Positions 58,516-64,000 of a stretch of DNA of 64,000 nucleotides are shown here, in pieces. A model generated the notes under the pieces. It searched no databases. It worked only from the letters and a program-made list of their open reading frames with translations, and had not been told where the DNA came from. This DNA comes from Puniceicoccales bacterium (lineage in GTDB: Bacteria; Verrucomicrobiota; Verrucomicrobiia; Opitutales; JAIRKQ01): positions 9,113 to 73,112 of the forward strand of contig JAIRKQ010000003.1 in assembly GCA_031260055.1 (NCBI GenBank). The letters are read 5' to 3'. Position 1 is the stretch's first letter. The number at the start of each line of letters is the position of its first letter. A program made the position numbers and the translations under genes.

Positions 58516-59943
58516 ATGACCGATAAACAAGCCAAAGAGTTAAGATTACAGTTTTGTAAATATGGACAGGAACATGTTTTCAAATTTTGGGAAATTCTTT
58601 CCAGCGAGGAACAGTTAGTGCTGCTGCAACAGGCTAAAAGCCTAAATTTAGATTACCTGTCCCAAATTATAAAAAATGTCCTCCATAAAAATTCTCAATC
58701 GGATAAATACGCCCCAAGCATAACTCCTGCCAAGTTCATAAAATTCCCAAATTCCGAAGTCGATTTGCAAAAGTGTAAAGAGACCATAGTTATCGGAGAA
58801 CAAACCATAAGGGCTGGTAAGGTTGCTGCCTTTACGGTAGCGGGAGGCGAAGGGACACGCCTGGGTTGTGTAGTTCCCAAAGGTATGCTACAAGCAACAT
58901 CGTTGAAAAAGAAATCACTCTTTCAAATATTTGCCGAAAAGATAAAAGCCGCTGAGCGAAAATATGAAACTCCAATCTATTGGATAATAATGACGAGCGA
59001 GCGAACTCACAATGAGACCATAGAATTTTTCGGCAAAAATGATTCCTTTGGGGTTGGGAATATTCATTTTGTCAAGCAGGGACAGATGCCAGCGATTACC
59101 AACGATGGGAAATTCATCATGGAAACGAGGAGTAAAATCGCCATGCACCCAGATGGACATGGTGGAGCTTTAAAAGCTCTTGGTCGATCGGGTTTACTCG
59201 CAATGTTAGAAAACTTGGGCGTTGAAATCGTAAGCTATTTTCAAATCGACAACCCTTTCGCCAGGAGTATCGATCCATACTTTATCGGGTCCCACGTAAA
59301 AAATCAATCCCAAGTATCTTCTCGGATGATTCGCAAATTATATCCGGAAGAAAAGGTTGGAGTCTTCTGTGAAAGGAGAGGCAGAGGCTGTGTTGTCGAA
59401 TATTCCGATTTGCCAAAAGAACAAGCCATGCTACGGGATGCGGCGGGAAATCTTGTATTTTGTGCAGGTAACACGGGAATACACCTACTGGATGTCCAGT
59501 TCATAAAACAATTTAATGGTAAGGATATTCATTCTGAAATTCCATACCACATTTCCCAAAAGGTTGTTCCAACCATAAATTCGCTGGGTGAGTCTATTGT
59601 CCCGCAGGTAGCCAATGGATTAAAACTAGAAATGTTTATATTTGACGTTTTACCATTCGCCGAAAGGACAATTGTCCTGGAAAGCGACAGATTGTCCAAT
59701 TTTAGCCCTATAAAAAACGGAGACGGAGCGGATTCGTTGAAAACTTGCTTACAGGATCAATTGAAGCTTTTCACCGCCTGGTTGTTGGCCGCAGGAACGG
59801 ATATTCCGACAGACGCCAATGGATTGCCACCTTTTGACATCGAAATAAGCCCGATGTTTGCAGACAACAAGTATGATTTTCTAGCAAAATGGAAACAGCT
59901 GGCCAATAAACCAGCAATAATGGCCAATCAATACATTGAATAA
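58516..59943 (+). CDS. UDP-N-acetylglucosamine (UDP-sugar) pyrophosphorylase, eukaryotic UAP1/QRI1-type (UDPGP family)
   Basis: AAFTVAGGEGTRLGCVVPKGM, SLFQIFAEKI, WIIMTSERTHNETIEFF, FVKQGQMPA and HPDGHGG line up with the AGX1/UAP1 blocks LAGGQGTRLG..PKGM, WYIMTS and APDGNGG. Confidence 0.8.
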   Translation: MTDKQAKELRLQFCKYGQEHVFKFWEILSSEEQLVLLQQAKSLNLDYLSQIIKNVLHKNSQSDKYAPSITPAKFIKFPNSEVDLQKCKETIVIGEQTIRAGKVAAFTVAGGEGTRLGCVVPKGMLQATSLKKKSLFQIFAEKIKAAERKYETPIYWIIMTSERTHNETIEFFGKNDSFGVGNIHFVKQGQMPAITNDGKFIMETRSKIAMHPDGHGGALKALGRSGLLAMLENLGVEIVSYFQIDNPFARSIDPYFIGSHVKNQSQVSSRMIRKLYPEEKVGVFCERRGRGCVVEYSDLPKEQAMLRDAAGNLVFCAGNTGIHLLDVQFIKQFNGKDIHSEIPYHISQKVVPTINSLGESIVPQVANGLKLEMFIFDVLPFAERTIVLESDRLSNFSPIKNGDGADSLKTCLQDQLKLFTAWLLAAGTDIPTDANGLPPFDIEISPMFADNKYDFLAKWKQLANKPAIMANQYIE

Positions 59944-60069
59944 TTCTTTTTGTCGCACTTGCCAAAGCCCATCATAATCTGTTTTAACAAGATCCTTTGT
60001 TCCTTCAGCAATAGCGCTTATTTTTTTGGCAAAATGTATTTTTCTGCTCCTTAGCCAGGGCTACATTCA

Positions 60070-60150
60070 TGGCGGAGAGAGAGGGATTCGAACCCACGGT
60101 GCCGTTGCCAGCACTTCGGTTTTCAAGTCAGCGGGACCTTAAATCTCTCC
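60070..60150 (-). tRNA. tRNA-Ser(UGA)-like remnant: good 3' half, no D arm (probable att-site fragment or pseudo-tRNA)
   Basis: The minus strand reads ..CTTGAAA-ACCGA-A-GTGCTG-GCAA-CGGCAC-C-GTGGG-TTCGAAT-CCCTC-TCTCTCC-G-CCA. That gives an anticodon loop with UGA, a 6 bp variable arm, a T arm with one U:U mismatch, the acceptor 3' strand and CCA. Upstream of the anticodon loop only 23 nt remain; they begin with GGAGAGA but cannot form a D arm or the anticodon stem. Confidence 0.55.
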
Positions 60151-60258
60151 AACCCACAATTAATCGCTACAACCCATTATTTAAGGGATAAAAGCTTGAC
60201 ATGAATTTGTTTCGATTTATGAAATATTGCAAAAACGTAGTAAAATTTTGGTAAAGAC

Positions 60259-60276
60259 TTGTCCAGGAATTGTCCA
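60259..60276 (+). repeat. Direct repeat TTGTCCA x2 with 11 nt period, upstream of the integrase gene
   Basis: cTTGTCCAggaaTTGTCCAtgga lies about 45 nt upstream of the integrase ATG. TTGACA-N16-TATGAA (60196-60223) lies further upstream and is a possible promoter. Confidence 0.6.
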
Positions 60277-60319
60277 TGGAAGATTCCAGAAAAAATTAAA
60301 TTAGAAAAAGAAAGAGAAA

Positions 60320-61537
60320 ATGAAGAAGACAGAAATAAATTTCACGAAGGCGGCATTATTAGAAATAAAAGCACCGACAAAAGGAGAGATGGCATACTAT
60401 GATACGAAAGAAAAAGGACTAAGTTTGCGAGTAACAGCAAACGGGTACAAAACTTTTATATATAGGAAATTTATAGAAGGAAAGAGTAGCCGTATAGTGA
60501 TCGCCCCTTTTCCGGACATGACGGTGGATGAGGCACGGAAAAGGGTACAACAGCTGAAGGGCCAACTAGCGGAAGGGAAGAACCCCCTAAAGGAGAAAGA
60601 AAAACTAGCAGCTGAGAAAACATTTGGAGAAGCCTATGAATTATTTATGGAAAAATATGCAAAGATAGAAAATAAACTTCGCACCCAGAAAGATATAAAA
60701 AGTCGTCTAAAGAAAATTTTGCCCCATTGGTCCCATAGATTTCTTTCCTCCATAACCAGGTATGAAATGCAAGACATGCATGCGCACATAGGCCAAGAAC
60801 ACGGGAAAATTGAAGCCAATAGAGTGTTTTCATATGTTCGCACCATCTACAACAAGATGATAGACTGGGGATGGGAAGGGACCAACCCCGCCGCTGGCAT
60901 ACAGAAGTTCAAGGAGCAGAAGAGGGATCGGTTCATATTGCATGACGAACTACCGAAATTCATGGAAGCATTGGAAATGGAACCAAATCGAGACATGAGG
61001 GACTTTTTTTTGATGTGTCTGTATACGGGAGCCCGCTGTGGGAATGTATTGAGCATGAGGTGGGAAGACATAGATTTTTCCATAAACGAATGGAGAATAC
61101 CTGATACGAAAAACGGAGAACCTGTGAGAATTCCGTTAATAGAAGAAGCTCTAGAAGTTCTTAGCAATCGCCTACAGCTGAAGAAATCGACGCCCTGGGC
61201 ATTCCCCGGTAGTGGCAAAAGTGGTCACTTGGAAGAACCAAAGAAAGCCTGGAAGAGGATACTGGACCGAGCGGGATTGAAGAACCTACGTATCCATGAC
61301 CTGAGAAGGACCCTGGCTAGCTACCAAGCCATAGCAGGGACGAGCTTGCTCATAATCGGGAAATCGTTGGGACACAAATCCCCCCAGTCCACAGCAATCT
61401 ATGCTCGGCTATCCAATGACCCTGTGAGGGCATCCATGGAATCCGCCCTTGACTTTTACCGGAAAGGGAAAGAGAAGGAGTTTCACAATAACATCGACTA
61501 TGAAAGCATCAACTTTTCCGGTGGAAGCAGCAAGTGA
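60320..61537 (+). CDS. int: Tyrosine integrase, P4-like (N-terminal arm-binding DUF4102-type domain)
   Basis: The N-terminus (YYDTKEKGLSLRVTANGYKTFIYRK...IAPFPDMTVDEARKRVQQLKGQLAEGKNP) is typical of P4-family integrases. Catalytic residues: GARCGNVLSMRWEDI (Arg), RIHDLRRTLAS (H-x-x-R) and LGHKSPQSTAIYARL (His, Tyr). Confidence 0.9.
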   Translation: MKKTEINFTKAALLEIKAPTKGEMAYYDTKEKGLSLRVTANGYKTFIYRKFIEGKSSRIVIAPFPDMTVDEARKRVQQLKGQLAEGKNPLKEKEKLAAEKTFGEAYELFMEKYAKIENKLRTQKDIKSRLKKILPHWSHRFLSSITRYEMQDMHAHIGQEHGKIEANRVFSYVRTIYNKMIDWGWEGTNPAAGIQKFKEQKRDRFILHDELPKFMEALEMEPNRDMRDFFLMCLYTGARCGNVLSMRWEDIDFSINEWRIPDTKNGEPVRIPLIEEALEVLSNRLQLKKSTPWAFPGSGKSGHLEEPKKAWKRILDRAGLKNLRIHDLRRTLASYQAIAGTSLLIIGKSLGHKSPQSTAIYARLSNDPVRASMESALDFYRKGKEKEFHNNIDYESINFSGGSSK

Positions 61538-61596
61538 CAGATGAGAAAACAGGGGAAGGGGAAATAAAAGCTAGGGAACAAAAGCGTTGAGAAAGG

Positions 61597-62499
61597 ATGG
61601 AGGATGAGTACACTAGGGGTCAAGGAGGAAGCCTGGTGGGAAGTAGGGGAAGTAGAGAAAAGAGCAAACAGCCAAAAAGGACAAGGGAAGCACTGGCAAG
61701 TATTTTATTTATGGGAAGCATGGTGTGTGTGATGGTGTGTGTGATGTTGTGCGGAGGGTGTAGGACGATGGGTATAGGAAGCGGTGGTAGATTGCCAGTA
61801 CCTGGGACGCTCAGCAGTCAGAGCACAGAGCTGAAGGACATAAACGGAAGATTATACGACTATTTGCAGATACTGCTGTGGGTCGGGAGGAACAACTACG
61901 ATAACCATGATAACTATGACTGCGGGGGCGACCAAGGGGAAGGCAGTGGTCTTGGGAGTTGCAAGCCGGGCAAATGCGAACCTGAAACGGAGAATTGCAA
62001 TTCGGGAAGTTGTAAACCCGGAAATTACAAGCTGGCAAAAGGCAAGCCCGAAAATCACGATTCGGAGAACTATAAAGCTGAGATGAGAAGTTATAGGCTT
62101 GGCAATGGTTTGCTGGGCAATCGCAGGCTGCGCAATTATGAATCCGATCCCGATCCAGGAAGTCGCGAGTCCGGGAAAGGTAAGTCAAGGAATAAGGAAA
62201 TAGGTATGAGAGCCCTGGATGGGTGTATGGAAATAGTAGGGCTGCCCGACGGCAATGAGAGGATATTGGCAAACAACATGGATAGGGAAGGAGTTGACCG
62301 TATGGTGAGGGAAGCCAAGGAACTGAAGGCGAGGAAGGAGAAACTTGTCGGGAAGATAGGTAAAGACGTAGCACTGCTGGAGAAGAGGTATGTGCGCTAC
62401 GAGTCATCCCACCGTACGCTGAGGGCCCTGCAGGTGTTTGGTGGGCTGGTATGTGCGATTATTGTGGTTTTTGGCGTGATATTTTTTCGGCTGAGGTAG
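61597..62499 (+). CDS. Hypothetical low-complexity protein with hydrophobic segments at both ends
   Basis: 300-codon ORF with RBS GAGAAAGG. Cys-rich N-terminal hydrophobic segment (ILFMGSMVCVMVCVMLCGGC), a G/S/N/K/E-rich repetitive middle (SCKPGKCEP..SCKPGNYK), a coiled-coil, and a C-terminal TM (VFGGLVCAIIVVFGVIFF). Coding status is uncertain. Confidence 0.4.
   Translation: MEDEYTRGQGGSLVGSRGSREKSKQPKRTREALASILFMGSMVCVMVCVMLCGGCRTMGIGSGGRLPVPGTLSSQSTELKDINGRLYDYLQILLWVGRNNYDNHDNYDCGGDQGEGSGLGSCKPGKCEPETENCNSGSCKPGNYKLAKGKPENHDSENYKAEMRSYRLGNGLLGNRRLRNYESDPDPGSRESGKGKSRNKEIGMRALDGCMEIVGLPDGNERILANNMDREGVDRMVREAKELKARKEKLVGKIGKDVALLEKRYVRYESSHRTLRALQVFGGLVCAIIVVFGVIFFRLR
61720..61743 (+). repeat. 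12 nt tandem repeat ATGGTGTGTGTG x2 (plus a degenerate third copy) inside the ORF
   Basis: atggtgtgtgtg atggtgtgtgtg atgttgtgcgga. It is in frame and encodes MVCV-MVCV-MLCG. Confidence 0.85.
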
Positions 62500-62509
62500 G
62501 GCAACCAAC

Positions 62510-62532
62510 GGTGTGAATAAGGGTGTGAATAA
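62510..62532 (+). repeat. Direct repeat GGTGTGAATAA x2 (12 nt period) between the low-complexity ORF and the terminase gene
   Basis: GGTGTGAATAA-g-GGTGTGAATAA at 62510-62520 and 62522-62532, about 25 nt upstream of the terminase ATG. Confidence 0.85.
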
Positions 62533-62557
62533 CGAGGACAATGGAAGAAATGGAGCG

Positions 62558-64000
62558 ATGAAAACAATGAAGGCATCGAACATAGGAATAAACAACGAGC
62601 AGGAACTGCTGGAAGCGTTTGGTAGGCATAGGCAGAGATGTTCCCAAGACTTTGAATACTTCTGTGGCCACGAACTGCTGGTTGACCGGAAGGGGGGAGG
62701 GGACCCAGTGCCGTTCATCTTCAACCGTGCCCAGAAGTACGTGTGGGAAAGGCTGGAGGAGCAGTGGGAGAAGGAAGGAATGATCCGAGCGAACATACTG
62801 AAGGGCAGGCAGCAGGGGATGTCGACCCTGGTCGCTGCATTGACCTTTTGGAAGGCAGTGACTTGCCGGTGTGTCAACGCCACGCTGGTATCGAAGGACT
62901 ATAAATCAACGAAATCATTGTTCGACAAGATTAAGCGGTTTACCTACGAGCGCCCCATCGACCGTACCATAGGGGTTGAGACGTGCAACCTCGATGAGAT
63001 ACGTTTCAGCGGTACGGACTCCCTTATCCGCATGAGCACAGCGAGGAGTGACCAGACCCAGCGTGGGTCGACGAACCAGATACTTTTTTTGTCGGAAGCA
63101 CCCTACTGGGAAAACGGAGTGGACCAGGTGTCCGCATTGTTTGACTCCGTGGGCCGAGTCCCTGGCACGATAATAATTTTGGAAAGCACAGCGCGTGGTA
63201 AGGACCAACTGTTCTACGAGAACTACCAGTTGGGGCTTCGGGAAGATAGCGACTGGATAAGCATCTTCGTGCCGTGGTACTGGCAGGAGGAGTACGCCAT
63301 CCCGGTGAGGGCTGGTGAGGAGTTCGAAGCAACGGCTGGCGAACAGTTGCTTGTTTCCCAGTACGGCCTCAGCGTGGAACAATTGAAGTGGAGGAGGAAC
63401 AAGCTGATGGAGTACCGACGAGCGGACCCACTATCGGAATTTCGTAGGGAATACCCACTATCTCCCTCCGACTGTTTTGAAACGAGCATTAGTAGTACAT
63501 TTTTCGATGTTGCCCAGGTGGTGTCCTCCCAGAGCAACCGTCCCTTCGAGTGCAGCGGAGATAACCTATATGTCGGTGTGGACCTTGGAGCGGGAGGTGA
63601 CCCATCCGTTGCCTGTTTCCGCCAGGGGAGTAACGTGCTGTCATTTTTGGAATATACCAGCGATAGGCTCAGCCTTACGGAGGAGTGGTTGGAAAAGCTC
63701 ATCCGGCTGCACCGTCCAAGGCGTGTCTACATCGATAGCGGCGGTCTGGGCCTTGGCCTATCCCAGGATTTAGCTACGAAGTACGGCGGCGTGGTGCGCG
63801 GGATAAACTTTGGGGAACGTCCCGATGATATTGAAAACTATGCCAACAAGAGGGGAGAAATGTTCGACCGTGTAAGGTGCTACTTTGCGGGAGGTCCCAT
63901 CTCGCTGTGCGCTACTGATGGTCTCGTGGAAGAGATGCAGGCGGTGACCGTGGACCCGGAAAAGCCGAAACTTACCATCTGCCGGAAGGATGACATACGG
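62558..64000 (+). CDS. terL: Phage terminase large subunit (TerL), 3'-truncated by the window edge
   Basis: It is not in the ORF track because no stop lies in the window. I translated 481 codons from ATG 62558 with no stop. Motifs: Walker A-like ILKGRQQGMSTL, Walker B-like ILFLSEAPYW, TIIILESTARG, and the RNase H-like nuclease start LYVGVDLGAGGDPSV ... VYIDSGGLGLG. RBS GGAG. The sequence is visibly GC-richer than the backbone. Confidence 0.75.
   Translation, partial: MKTMKASNIGINNEQELLEAFGRHRQRCSQDFEYFCGHELLVDRKGGGDPVPFIFNRAQKYVWERLEEQWEKEGMIRANILKGRQQGMSTLVAALTFWKAVTCRCVNATLVSKDYKSTKSLFDKIKRFTYERPIDRTIGVETCNLDEIRFSGTDSLIRMSTARSDQTQRGSTNQILFLSEAPYWENGVDQVSALFDSVGRVPGTIIILESTARGKDQLFYENYQLGLREDSDWISIFVPWYWQEEYAIPVRAGEEFEATAGEQLLVSQYGLSVEQLKWRRNKLMEYRRADPLSEFRREYPLSPSDCFETSISSTFFDVAQVVSSQSNRPFECSGDNLYVGVDLGAGGDPSVACFRQGSNVLSFLEYTSDRLSLTEEWLEKLIRLHRPRRVYIDSGGLGLGLSQDLATKYGGVVRGINFGERPDDIENYANKRGEMFDRVRCYFAGGPISLCATDGLVEEMQAVTVDPEKPKLTICRKDDIR

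Larger units (their letters stand above)
60128..64000 (+). mobile_element. Integrated prophage/phage-like element (left end; extends beyond the window)
   Basis: A tRNA-Ser 3' fragment abuts it. It carries a P4-type integrase and a terminase large subunit. Composition shifts sharply from about 61.55 kb onward, to purine- and GC-rich. Confidence 0.6.

Noticed and set aside
60128-60150. GGAGAGA (minus strand) is exactly complementary to the acceptor 3' strand TCTCTCC. This suggests that 60070-60150 might be a complete 81 nt tRNA.
   Set aside because: Only 16 nt lie between this heptamer and the anticodon loop, where about 26 are needed. No D stem or anticodon stem can form (2 of 5 pairs). A type II tRNA-Ser should be about 88-93 nt. 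I therefore treat it as a fragment or degenerate tRNA. tRNAscan-SE/ARAGORN should be run to confirm.
61811-62407. A 198 aa minus-strand ORF (Ser/Pro/Cys-rich) opposite the low-complexity ORF.
   Set aside because: Its composition is the complement of a purine-rich strand, and it has no start context or motifs. The plus-strand ORF is itself only weakly supported.
62915-63702. Minus-strand ORFs of 155, 102 and 159 aa in the GC-rich end of the window.
   Set aside because: They are antisense to the uninterrupted 481-codon terminase frame, which carries recognisable Walker and nuclease motifs. Long antisense ORFs are expected in GC-rich coding DNA.
1-64000. A search for CRISPR arrays, rRNA genes, IS elements or transposases, and long interspersed repeats.
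   Set aside because: Reading by eye, I saw no regularly spaced 25-40 nt repeats, no rRNA-like segments and no transposase-like ORFs. The only mobile-element signatures are at 60.07-64 kb.

Overview
AT-rich, densely coding bacterial chromosome segment using the standard genetic code. No rRNA genes, CRISPR arrays or IS/transposase genes were seen.

The core is a 17.6 kb str/S10/spc/alpha ribosomal-protein supercluster (16676-34318, + strand): rpsL-rpsG-fusA-rpsJ, then rplC through rplO, secY, map, rpsM-rpsK-rpsD-rpoA-rplQ. It lacks tuf, rpmD, adk, infA and rpmJ. That synteny, plus a pseudopilin-like protein and an LpxC-FabZ fusion, makes me guess a PVC-type (Lentisphaerae/Verrucomicrobia/Chlamydiae-like) diderm. 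This is inference only.

Left arm, 0-16.5 kb:
- an APC permease
- a translationally coupled Bcs1-like CDP-ribitol synthase and a TagF-like polyol-phosphate transferase
- a GH13 pullulanase and a lone gspF/pilC
- sufS
- three orphan ORFs
- cmk
- dgkA next to two tandem LtaS/OpgB-like phosphoglycerol transferases

Right arm, 34-60 kb:
- glmM, a TPR protein, a GT2 glycosyltransferase and tRNA-Ser(GCU)
- lpxA and lpxC-fabZ
- a truncated dcw head (mraZ-rsmH-ftsL) with a putative MraZ operator and its own terminator
- dnaX, a XerC/D-family recombinase and a CysJ-like reductase
- an isolated type III secretion export-gate operon, sctS-sctT-sctU, with no sctR and an NPEH cleavage motif
- rsmA, rsmG, an MBL hydrolase, a GC-richer orphan membrane protein, fbaB and an ABC-F ATPase
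- cca-mreC-mreD, an ftsB-like gene and a eukaryotic-type UDP-GlcNAc pyrophosphorylase

From about 60.07 kb to the window end there is an integrated element. It is flanked by a tRNA-Ser(UGA) 3' fragment and carries a P4-type integrase, a low-complexity membrane ORF and a GC-rich terminase large subunit. The terminase ORF runs off the window and is absent from the ORF track.

All family assignments come from reading the translations by eye. No database search was run.
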